Part shown: piece by piece, positions 15,827 to 22,987 of the stretch | How positions within the stretch are numbered: position 1 is the stretch's first letter | How the letters are laid out: each line of letters opens with the position of its first letter | NCBI RefSeq assembly: GCF_030253515.1 | Contig: NZ_CP124549.1 | Location: 330,001 to 362,000 of the forward strand | DNA length: 32,000 nt | Direction: 5' to 3' | DNA from: Candidatus Nanosynbacter lyticus | GTDB taxonomy: Bacteria; Patescibacteriota; Saccharimonadia; Saccharimonadales; Saccharimonadaceae | Notes under the pieces: model-generated | Told to the model about the DNA's origin: nothing | Databases searched by the model: none | Seen by the model: the letters and a program-made list of their open reading frames with translations, nothing else | Position numbers and translations under genes: made by a program

Positions 15827-17139
15827 GCTTGTTCACCGATACCTATCGACCGTCGATTAACGGCATCGTTTTTGTGGTCGAATCGCTCAAGCGCGAGCTC
15901 GAGGCGCTGGGTCATGACGTCTATGTGTTCTGCCCCGCCAAGTCGATAAATCCGGCCAAGCAGGCTGAGCTACTTAACGAAGACCCGGATTCGCACATCG
16001 TCCGCTTTCCATCGATCAAGGGTGCGTTTTTTGATGATTACGATACGTCGGTGTTCTTCCCGCCGGTGGTGCAGCGCCGTATCAAAGAGCTGGAGCTCGA
16101 CATCGTGCATATCTTTACGCCGTCGCAAATCGGGCTGGTTGGCGTCAGTGCGGCGCACAAGCAGCAGATCCCCCTCGTCATCCAGCACTGCACCGATATG
16201 TACGAATTTGCCGAGCATTATCCGGCGGTGCTGCCGGGGATTTTGACACTGGCCGGCGTGGTGCTACCACTGTCGATTAAGCTAAGGGGCCGTGATTTAT
16301 TTGAACTGGTCAAGCTATATCGGCCGCGTGGTATCACCAAATGGAACCGGGCCATCATCGAGTGCGTCATCACTATTCTCTACAGCAAAGCCGACGCCGT
16401 CATCGCCCTCAGTCGCAAAAGCGTCGCTCAGCTCAGCGGCTGGCAGGATGACGATCATCTGTATGATTTGACATTGCTGCCAAATGGTGTCAATGCCCTG
16501 CCGCGGCCGTCGGCGGCTCAGCTCAAGGCCTTTCGGGCAGGGTGGGGTCTCCGGGCGTCTGATGAAGTGTTTGGTTTCATCGGGCGGCTGGGCGAAGAGA
16601 AAAACTTACCAATTTTGATCAAGGCCTTTGACAAGTACGTCGCCAAGGCTCGCCCCAAATCCAAATTACTGTTCGTTGGCGATTTCGAGTATCGCAAAAG
16701 ACTCGAGGAGATGGCAGCCGAGAGTAAGTACGCTGATCGGATCATCTTTACCGGCGCTCTGCCGCGTGAGGAATTAGGCGTAGCGTATCAGGCACTGGAT
16801 GTGTTTTGCTTCCCGTCGCTCAAGGATACCCAGGGCTGGGTACTACACGAAGCGGCGCACGCCCGTAAGCCAATTATCATCATTGACACGCAAGTATCCG
16901 AGGTGGTGCGTGACGGTGTGAACGGTATGTTCGTGAAAAATCGGCCCAAGAGTATGGCAGATGCTATCATTACACTGCTCCGTTCGCCAGCTCGTCGAGC
17001 GAGGTTTGGCGCTGAGAGCAAAAAATTAGCGGCCACGTTCACCGAGCGCCGTCAGGTCCGCAAATTAGAGAAATTATATCGCCGGGTTATCGCCCAGAAA
17101 GCTGCCGCCGCGTCTCGCGATCTTGATCGCGCCGCTTGA
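15817..17139 (+). CDS. Glycosyltransferase family 4, glycolipid-synthase-like (diacylglycerol glycosyltransferase type)
   Basis: The N-terminus MRVGLFTDTYRPSINGIV is typical of GT4 lipid glycosyltransferases. C-terminal core is FCFPSLKDTQGWVLHEAAHARKPIII...VRDGVNG. Confidence 0.8.
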   Translation: MRVGLFTDTYRPSINGIVFVVESLKRELEALGHDVYVFCPAKSINPAKQAELLNEDPDSHIVRFPSIKGAFFDDYDTSVFFPPVVQRRIKELELDIVHIFTPSQIGLVGVSAAHKQQIPLVIQHCTDMYEFAEHYPAVLPGILTLAGVVLPLSIKLRGRDLFELVKLYRPRGITKWNRAIIECVITILYSKADAVIALSRKSVAQLSGWQDDDHLYDLTLLPNGVNALPRPSAAQLKAFRAGWGLRASDEVFGFIGRLGEEKNLPILIKAFDKYVAKARPKSKLLFVGDFEYRKRLEEMAAESKYADRIIFTGALPREELGVAYQALDVFCFPSLKDTQGWVLHEAAHARKPIIIIDTQVSEVVRDGVNGMFVKNRPKSMADAIITLLRSPARRARFGAESKKLAATFTERRQVRKLEKLYRRVIAQKAAAASRDLDRAA

Positions 17140-17566
17140 TGGTCTCGCGCTTGTCGTAGGTTTTTTTACCTCTGGCCAGAGCGATGACTACTTTAATGAA
17201 CTTGCCGCTGGTTAATAATTTGGTCGGCACGATGGTCATGCCCTGCTTTTTTGCCTCAGAAAAGCGCGCTAATTGGCGTTTGCTGACTAATAATTTCCGC
17301 GCCGAGGTGTCGACACTGCGAGTATTTGCCTGGCCGCGAACGTTCAGCCGCAGCGAAAAGCTCGCGTTATTCAGCCATAATTCACCATTTCGCATGCTAA
17401 CGAACGCTCCCTTCAGCTGTACGTGCCCTTCCCTGGCGGCGCGCACTTCTATGCCCGTCAGCACCAGCCCGGCCACAACCTCCTCGCCCAATTCATAGTC
17501 AAATCGCGCTCGGCGATTCACGACGGCGTGAGTGGATGACTTTTTGGTCTTGGTGGGCTTGGTCAC
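17087..17566 (-). CDS. smpB: SsrA-binding protein
   Basis: NRRARFDYEL, GIEVRAAREG, a GELWLNN-type core and a basic C-terminal tail (KKTYDKRETIKRRDQDRE). GTG start. The 3' end overlaps the convergent GT gene by 53 nt. Confidence 0.9.
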   Translation of the reverse strand: MTKPTKTKKSSTHAVVNRRARFDYELGEEVVAGLVLTGIEVRAAREGHVQLKGAFVSMRNGELWLNNASFSLRLNVRGQANTRSVDTSARKLLVSKRQLARFSEAKKQGMTIVPTKLLTSGKFIKVVIALARGKKTYDKRETIKRRDQDRETRRQLSGR

Positions 17567-17581
17567 GTGATCATTGTAGCA
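17567..17581 (-). promoter_or_regulatory. Extended -10 TGCTACAAT placed 6 nt before the smpB GTG
   Basis: The minus strand reads caTGCTACAATgatcacGTG. Confidence 0.5.
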
Positions 17582-17665
17582 TGTAGGCTGGAGCCTTAGC
17601 TAGAAGATGATTGGTTTGTCCGGGTTGTACTCTTTATCTGGAACGTACCGAAGCGGGATACCTGT

Positions 17666-18076
17666 CTAATCAAGCCTCACTAGCGTAGTAATTTCTTCTT
17701 CATCTGCATTCATCATATCCTCTCGCATTTCGTCTATGACGGCTGCAAGCTCCTCTAGGGCTACTTGCTTTTGTGACATCTCTAATTCATCATCGCTATA
17801 TATGATATCAATACGGGTCAGGATTTCTTTGTATAGTTGATCAAGCAGCCTTGACTTGTCTAAGTCAAAGAGAGTTTGAATCCCTGCCATGTCTACTGAC
17901 GCCTCTTCCTCTAAACGACGCCTCTCTTTTGTATTACCCCGCAGCTCAGCTAGTTTGCTGTTGAGGATTTTTTGGGTAATTTCAATGACAGTCTCCGCGT
18001 CAACGGGACGTGGAATTTCCCTTTCGGGGGCTAAAATTTTCTGGCTAAGCCAATTGAGCTTATGTGATGTATCCAT
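17666..18076 (-). CDS. Hypothetical acidic, helical protein (orphan cassette gene 3)
   Basis: 136 aa from ATG 18076. It is highly acidic, with coiled-coil-like composition and low GC. The ORF stays open upstream to 18163 in the same frame (see the frameshift finding). Confidence 0.5.
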   Translation of the reverse strand: MDTSHKLNWLSQKILAPEREIPRPVDAETVIEITQKILNSKLAELRGNTKERRRLEEEASVDMAGIQTLFDLDKSRLLDQLYKEILTRIDIIYSDDELEMSQKQVALEELAAVIDEMREDMMNADEEEITTLVRLD

Positions 18077-18093
18077 TGTCTTCACTTTGTATT

Positions 18094-18543
18094 CTAGTCC
18101 GGCCAAGACGTGGTATTTCGCTGCGTTTGGCGCGAGTCCATCACTGAGAATTGCACCAAGCATCCCCTAAGCTCTTTAATCGCTTGCAGTTCTTCTTCTG
18201 GTATATCTTTGATGGCCTCTTGGTAGTTGTTGCGCTCATTTACCATCTCTTCAGCCGTGTTGTGATTGTCATGAACATCGCTATCTGAAGTATTCCACGG
18301 GAAATTATACCCACGCATATTATTGTCATACAGTGCCGTTCCGATTATGTGTAGCATGGCTGCTTGGGTGCGCGATGAAAGGGGTGACTCATTATTGTTA
18401 GTCTCCAATTCGGCTGGACAAAACTTTTTGACAAACTTTTCAGCTGGTGCAGCGATATGGGTAATGTCCTCACCACTGGCTGTGTAGTATCTTTTGTCTA
18501 TTTGCTCTTCTGGTAGCGCTTGCGGTGTCGTCTCTATACTCAT
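18094..18543 (-). CDS. Hypothetical protein (orphan cassette gene 2)
   Basis: 149-aa ORF with ATG start and low GC. No family was recognised. Confidence 0.5.
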   Translation of the reverse strand: MSIETTPQALPEEQIDKRYYTASGEDITHIAAPAEKFVKKFCPAELETNNNESPLSSRTQAAMLHIIGTALYDNNMRGYNFPWNTSDSDVHDNHNTAEEMVNERNNYQEAIKDIPEEELQAIKELRGCLVQFSVMDSRQTQRNTTSWPD

Positions 18544-18587
18544 GGTCTCATATTATAACATTGTTTAACTATAAATACAATACCCGG

Positions 18588-19145
18588 CTATTGCTTTTCT
18601 AGCCCGTGCACTTCACCGGTTGTGAAGTCCCATTTGGCATTATGCTGACACTGACATACGAGAGCTAGGACATTGCGGCCGAGTTCCCCGACTGCTGGAT
18701 GGTGGCATTCGCCCCTGATGGCCCAGCCGAGTAATCGTACTAATGAAGGATAATTATGAATATGATTCATGATAACCGATTGGTTGGCAGATCCCTTGAT
18801 TGTATTAACGAGTCGCCACACAGAAAGGTCTGGCTTAAACTCTGGGTGCTTCTCGAGTATGTGCGCTACGTTCGCGATATTCTCGAGAATATCACAAATA
18901 TCGATAGCCTCGTCGAGGTTTTCGAGCCGGGCGATGGCGGCGCGGAATTTTTCGTTGAGGCGCTGGTAACTGGGGAGGTTATCGCCTTCTGATCGTTGAA
19001 TGCGGGCTTCTGTCAGTGGTATGATTACACCTTCAGTGGTAGCTGTGCTGGCTTCATCGTGGTGTGGCGGTATAGCGCGATCTCCGGCAATGGTCTTGAA
19101 TGGTATAATTCTGGCCTTGCCGTGGTCTACTTCTGTTCTTGGCAT
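18588..19145 (-). CDS. Hypothetical protein (orphan cassette gene 1), Cys/His-rich C-terminus
   Basis: 185-aa ORF with ATG start directly behind a promoter. The C-terminus ECHHPAVGELGRNVLALVCQCQHNAKWDFTTGEV carries a possible metal-binding pattern. Confidence 0.55.
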   Translation of the reverse strand: MPRTEVDHGKARIIPFKTIAGDRAIPPHHDEASTATTEGVIIPLTEARIQRSEGDNLPSYQRLNEKFRAAIARLENLDEAIDICDILENIANVAHILEKHPEFKPDLSVWRLVNTIKGSANQSVIMNHIHNYPSLVRLLGWAIRGECHHPAVGELGRNVLALVCQCQHNAKWDFTTGEVHGLEKQ

Positions 19146-19181
19146 GTGTTAAATAATACGATGTAATTACATAAAAGTCAA
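19146..19181 (-). promoter_or_regulatory. Promoter TTGACT-N17-TATTAT placed 7 nt before the ATG, with the 12-bp perfect palindrome ATGTAATTACAT (19161-19172) in the spacer (candidate operator)
   Basis: The minus strand reads aTTGACTtttATGTAATTACATcgTATTATttaacacATG. Confidence 0.55.
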
Positions 19182-19198
19182 TGATTAGCATCATAGTA

Positions 19199-19216
19199 TG
19201 CTACAATATCCCAAGC
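19199..19216 (+). promoter_or_regulatory. Extended -10 TGCTACAAT placed 9 nt before the ABC-F ATG
   Basis: Sequence reads taTGCTACAATatcccaagcATG. Confidence 0.5.
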
Positions 19217-21151
19217 ATGATAGCCGACATCCACATCACCGAAAAAAGTTTTGGCGACAAGACGTTGATGCGCGACGTTAAGTTTAGTGTGGATGATGGC
19301 GAGAAGGTTGGCGTGGTCGGCCGCAATGGCGTCGGCAAGTCGACGTTGTTTGGGGTTTTGGCGGGCGCTGACACTGACTACACCGGCGAGGTGATTTTTC
19401 GCCGCGGCATCACCGTGGCGTCAACGGCGCAGGAGCATCATGGCTTGGGCGACCAGACGGTGCTGAGTTACATTTTGGCGGGGCTGCCAGAATATGCGGC
19501 CCTAAAGAAAATCATTGATGAATACCCTGAGACTATGGGCGATAATATGCGTAAAATTGAGGGGTATACCCAGGCGCTGGAGCGATTTGACCAGAAAGGG
19601 TTTTACCAGATTGAGGAGAAGATTGAGAGGGAGCTTGATAATTTCCAGCTGAATGGGTGCGGCGAGCGGCCGCTTGGTTCTCTGTCGGGTGGTCAGAAGC
19701 GACTGGTGGAGATCGTCAAGATTATGCATGCGGGGGCGCATTTGGCGCTGATTGATGAGCCGACTAATCACATGGATTATGTAGCGAAGCAGCAGTTTAT
19801 CGACTGGATGAGTTCGCAGCCGCGCCAGGCCATGCTGATCATCACCCACGACCGCGATGTGCTGGGTCGGGTAGATCGAATCGTCGAACTTAAAGACGGC
19901 CAAGCGGTCAGTTACCGCGGTAATTATGACGCTTACCTCAAACAGAACGCTCAGGCGACGGCGGCGGGCATGAATAATTTTGAGCACATTGAAAAGCGGA
20001 TGACCAACCTCAAACAAAAAGTGCTGGATTATCAGCGGCTAAAGGAAAAGTCGCGAAATCCCGGCACCATCCAAAAGTTCAAGCGGCTGGAGAATGAAGC
20101 GCGGGCCGAGCTGGCGGAATTATCAGAGATGGACAAGCCGACGTTTTGGATCGACAAGGAATCGGCTGGACAGCTTGATTATAAGTCAGCTGAGCGCTAC
20201 GGCAAGTTCAAGGCGCGCAATATTCGGCTATCGATGAAGGACGCGGCTAGTCGTAGCCAGCACGTGCTGGTGCGGGTTGAGGACGCGGCGGTTGGTGTTG
20301 GCGAGCGGATATTGTTTGAGGGCGTTAATATTGATTTGCGCGAGGGTGAGGCGGTGGAGTTGCGCGGTCGCAATGGCGCTGGTAAGACGACGCTGATTCG
20401 GATGTTGCTGGCAAGCGGTGGTGTGGTTGCTCGGGCATCTCATAAAACAATCCGGGACCCGCTAAAGCCAGCCCAGATTTTTTCTGAGATACCGCTCGCA
20501 CCCAACGCGCTGACTGCGACACCTCTAGCACTGGAGTGTGCTTTGGAGGAGACGGCTGGAAAACGAACCGCAGCAGCCGCTCCACCGTCCTCCGCCAGAG
20601 CACACTCTTCGCTCAAATCTCCACCGGAGATTTTTCGCGAGCGTTCGGCTGAAACGTCCGCTACTCGCGAACGTTTCACAGTCTCTGGCGTAGGAGGTGT
20701 CGCACCTGCCGCCCCCGTCCTCTACTCCGGCAACCTCTTCCTCGACCCGCAGGTACGGGTGGGCGTGTATGAGCAAGAGATTGACGAGCGGTATTTGGCG
20801 GATCCGCTGGAGGCGGCGATTGAGAAATTGTATCTGAGCCGTGACCTACCGATTTCTGAGACTAAGATTCGCCAACTACTAGCCGATTATCTGTTCACCG
20901 AAGCCGATCGGATGACGCCACTGGCGCGCCTGTCGGGCGGTCAAAAAGCCCGCTTTCAGATCATTGCCATGCTGGCGAATGACCCGCAACTATTGATTTT
21001 GGATGAGCCGACCAACCACCTTGATCTGCCGAGCATCGAGGAGTTAGAGACGGCGCTGGCGAAATATTCTGGCGCCATCCTGTACGTCAGCCACGACAAT
21101 TATTTCCGCCAAGAAATTGGCGGTGAGGTGGTGCAAATCGGCGCGGCATAA
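19217..21151 (+). CDS. ABC-F family ATPase (two ABC domains, no TM domain) carrying a 98-codon insertion in domain 2
   Basis: NBD1: GRNGVGKST, LSGGQKRLV, LALIDEPTNHMD, ITHDR. NBD2: GRNGAGKTT (20366-20392), Q-loop VGVYEQ (20759-20776), LSGGQKARF, LLILDEPTNHLD, VSHD. A charged interdomain linker lies between them. Confidence 0.88.
   Translation: MIADIHITEKSFGDKTLMRDVKFSVDDGEKVGVVGRNGVGKSTLFGVLAGADTDYTGEVIFRRGITVASTAQEHHGLGDQTVLSYILAGLPEYAALKKIIDEYPETMGDNMRKIEGYTQALERFDQKGFYQIEEKIERELDNFQLNGCGERPLGSLSGGQKRLVEIVKIMHAGAHLALIDEPTNHMDYVAKQQFIDWMSSQPRQAMLIITHDRDVLGRVDRIVELKDGQAVSYRGNYDAYLKQNAQATAAGMNNFEHIEKRMTNLKQKVLDYQRLKEKSRNPGTIQKFKRLENEARAELAELSEMDKPTFWIDKESAGQLDYKSAERYGKFKARNIRLSMKDAASRSQHVLVRVEDAAVGVGERILFEGVNIDLREGEAVELRGRNGAGKTTLIRMLLASGGVVARASHKTIRDPLKPAQIFSEIPLAPNALTATPLALECALEETAGKRTAAAAPPSSARAHSSLKSPPEIFRERSAETSATRERFTVSGVGGVAPAAPVLYSGNLFLDPQVRVGVYEQEIDERYLADPLEAAIEKLYLSRDLPISETKIRQLLADYLFTEADRMTPLARLSGGQKARFQIIAMLANDPQLLILDEPTNHLDLPSIEELETALAKYSGAILYVSHDNYFRQEIGGEVVQIGAA
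20423..20716 (+). other. In-frame, stop-free, hairpin-dense insertion within ABC-F NBD2
   Basis: An 11-bp long-range helix (20515-20525 / 20694-20704) encloses three local perfect hairpins (20534-20607, 20615-20633, 20634-20671). The encoded peptide is low-complexity and A/P/S/T/R-rich. Confidence 0.6.
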
Positions 21152-21165
21152 GGGGTGTGCTAATG

Positions 21166-21206
21166 AAAAACCTGCTACTAGTAGAGCCCTCAAGTAGCAG
21201 GTTTTT
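21166..21206. terminator. Bidirectional rho-independent terminator between convergent ABC-F and glutaredoxin-like genes
   Basis: Sequence is AAAAACCTGCTACT, a 13-nt loop, then AGTAGCAGGTTTTT: a perfect 9-bp GC-containing stem flanked by an A-run and a T-run. Confidence 0.75.
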
Positions 21207-21226
21207 AATATGTCAATTAGCGATAG

Positions 21227-21514
21227 TTATTCGCTCATCAAACCATTCTTCTTCAGCGCATCCTGTAGTTTCGGCCGGTCGAAGCCGAGGATGACCTCGC
21301 CGCAAACATCGGTTACTGGCACGCCCTGGAAATTGCCGCCGTTTTTACTGAGCAATTCTTCCTTAGTGCTCGGATCAGCCTCAATGTCCTTGGCGACAAA
21401 ATCGATGCCGAGTTTTTTCAACCATTCCATCTCCGTGTGGCAGAATGCGCACCAGCTGGTGCTGTAGACGGTGACTTTAGCGTCTTGGTGATTGGCCGTG
21501 TTATCTTCGCTCAT
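21227..21514 (-). CDS. Glutaredoxin-like protein (NrdH/YruB type thioredoxin fold)
   Basis: VTVYSTSWCAFCH active site (CxxC), the GVP cis-Pro motif, 95 aa, and a strong SD (AAGGAGGGAAGTT) before the ATG. Confidence 0.8.
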   Translation of the reverse strand: MSEDNTANHQDAKVTVYSTSWCAFCHTEMEWLKKLGIDFVAKDIEADPSTKEELLSKNGGNFQGVPVTDVCGEVILGFDRPKLQDALKKNGLMSE

Positions 21515-21576
21515 AACTTCCCTCCTTATGGCTTTTCTCTATTGTAGCATAAGCATCGGTGCCTCGGCAATGCCAT

Positions 21577-21813
21577 CTAGTCTCGGGACACCCGACTCGT
21601 TAAGTGCCAGCCGTCACACCCTCGGCAATAGTACACGTCTAACTCCAGTTTTGGTGACATTAGCTCCTGCGTATCAGCCGCTCGCCTGGCGATTTGCTCG
21701 GTGGCGAAGCGGCGCTTGCGCCGGCAGGCGTCGTGATCGGCAGTTGTCAGCGTCGGCTTGACGAACGTTCGGGCTGATTTTGGTTGGTTTTTCGGGTAAT
21801 TTCGCCGTGGCAT
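21577..21813 (-). CDS. Small basic protein with a C-terminal CxxC-GWHLT zinc-ribbon-like motif
   Basis: 78 aa, with C-terminus YYCRGCDGWHLTS. I recall this motif from small actinobacterial/phage hypothetical proteins of unknown function. ATG lies 9 nt behind an extended -10. Confidence 0.5.
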   Translation of the reverse strand: MPRRNYPKNQPKSARTFVKPTLTTADHDACRRKRRFATEQIARRAADTQELMSPKLELDVYYCRGCDGWHLTSRVSRD

Positions 21814-21831
21814 CTTGTCAAGAGTATAGCA
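21814..21831 (-). promoter_or_regulatory. Extended -10 TGCTATACT placed 9 nt before the ATG of the small-protein gene
   Basis: The minus strand reads caTGCTATACTcttgacaagATG. It interdigitates with the atp promoter. Confidence 0.5.
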
Positions 21832-21852
21832 TGTTGCTATAGTGACAGAGTA
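21815..21852 (+). promoter_or_regulatory. atp operon promoter TTGTCA-N17-(TGc)TATAGT placed 9 nt before the ATG
   Basis: -35 at 21815-21820 and extended -10 at 21835-21843. ATG at 21853. Confidence 0.6.
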
Positions 21853-22125
21853 ATGGCTGAGAGACCAGATGTTGAGAATGGCGTGACGACAGCGACGGAA
21901 GTGGCGGCGGCTCGGGTTATTCTCGGGACGATCGGCGACACAACGTGGCGAATGTTTGTGCCGAGCATCGGTTGTACGCTACTAGGCGTATGGCTGGATG
22001 GCGTGTTTGGTTTGAAGCCGTGGCTGATGTTTGCTGGCGTGGTACTTGGTTTTGTGGGCGCGTATCTACTGGTGAATAAGCAGCTGGGGCGTGTGAAACG
22101 AAAAAAGGAGCGTAAAAATATATGA
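21853..22125 (+). CDS. AtpZ/AtpI-like small membrane protein preceding the ATP synthase genes
   Basis: 90 aa with two TM helices and a basic tail, positioned just upstream of atpB with an ATGA overlap. I prefer ATG 21853 because the longer ORF would span the promoter. Confidence 0.6.
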   Translation: MAERPDVENGVTTATEVAAARVILGTIGDTTWRMFVPSIGCTLLGVWLDGVFGLKPWLMFAGVVLGFVGAYLLVNKQLGRVKRKKERKNI

Positions 22126-22955
22126 TACAATTATTTGCCAATGCCGGTCCACACATTTCAGTCAAGGCTGACGAAGTAGCGAATATCATGGGCGTGTCGA
22201 TCACCAATTCGCACATGCTTGGCGCGCTCGGGCTGGTCGTTTTGGTGTGGCTGATGTTTCGGACGCGGGCAGCGGTGCTGGGCAAGAAAAAGCATAATTT
22301 TGCGACGCGGCTGGTACATTGGACATTTGATGGGCTGTACAATACGGTTTGCCAAGTCATCCCGGACCAGACATGGGCGCGTCGAGTAGCGCCGCTGTGT
22401 ATCACCATATTCTTTTTCGTGGTGGCGCAGTATTGGCTGGGACTGCTACCGATTGTCGGGCCGATCACCGTGGGTAGTCATGGTACGCCGCTGTTTCGCG
22501 GTGGTGTGGCCGACCTGAATATGACGTTTGGCCTGGCTATCGTGACCATTATCGCCGCACAAGTGTACGCCTTCAAATACCTTGGCTTTAGGGGTAATAT
22601 GGGTCGCTACTTTGTTAATCCGCTGCGCGATCCGATCATGGCGTTTGTCGGTATTTTGGAGTTGGTGGCGGAGTTTTCGCGCCTGTTGGGGCTGAGTTTC
22701 CGGTTGTTTGGCAATGTGTTGGCTGGCGAAGTGCTGCTGATCATGATCGCCTTTTTGACGCAATATATCTCGCCGGCGGTGCTCCAGCCGTTTTATCTGT
22801 TCGAGCTGTTCATCGGTGGTATTCAGGCGTACATTTTCTTTATGCTGTCAACGGTATTTATTTCGCTGGGGCTGGCTCACCACGACACGCACGAGCCGAC
22901 TGATCATGCTCATTCACCTGCTGATACGACGAAACTCGCGGCGGCGAATGATTAG
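22122..22955 (+). CDS. atpB: F-type ATP synthase subunit a
   Basis: Conserved LSFRLFGNVLAGE (essential Arg) and a multi-TM profile. AAGGAG SD. Confidence 0.92.
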   Translation: MIQLFANAGPHISVKADEVANIMGVSITNSHMLGALGLVVLVWLMFRTRAAVLGKKKHNFATRLVHWTFDGLYNTVCQVIPDQTWARRVAPLCITIFFFVVAQYWLGLLPIVGPITVGSHGTPLFRGGVADLNMTFGLAIVTIIAAQVYAFKYLGFRGNMGRYFVNPLRDPIMAFVGILELVAEFSRLLGLSFRLFGNVLAGEVLLIMIAFLTQYISPAVLQPFYLFELFIGGIQAYIFFMLSTVFISLGLAHHDTHEPTDHAHSPADTTKLAAAND

Positions 22956-22987
22956 AAAAGTAAAGTATTAAATAAAGGAGAAATTAT

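Noticed and set aside
18588-18700. Annotating orphan cassette gene 1 as a Rieske [2Fe-2S] protein
   Set aside because: The second ligand motif is CQCQH (CxH or CxxxH) instead of CxxH, the domain would be truncated right after TGEV, and the upstream sequence is not obviously beta-rich. I mention it only as a weak resemblance.
19502-20017. 171-aa minus-strand ORF inside the ABC-F gene
   Set aside because: It is antisense to conserved NBD1 motifs, with no start context and no recognisable features. It is a shadow ORF.
20423-20716. An intein or a group I intron as the explanation for the ABC-F insertion
   Set aside because: At 98 aa it is too short for an intein, and it lacks an N-terminal Cys/Ser and a C-terminal HN plus nucleophile. 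For an intron, the stop-free in-frame sequence and lack of recognisable P7/P3 core argue against it, although only transcript data can exclude removal at the RNA level.
14743-21853. Longer ORF-track starts (TTG 14758 for xth, TTG 14777 for GT4, ATG 19181 for ABC-F, 21784 for the atpZ-like gene, and elsewhere TTG 10683 for the 2H gene)
   Set aside because: Each extension runs through a strong -10/-35 element, and the extra residues are not conserved-looking. I chose the downstream ATGs.
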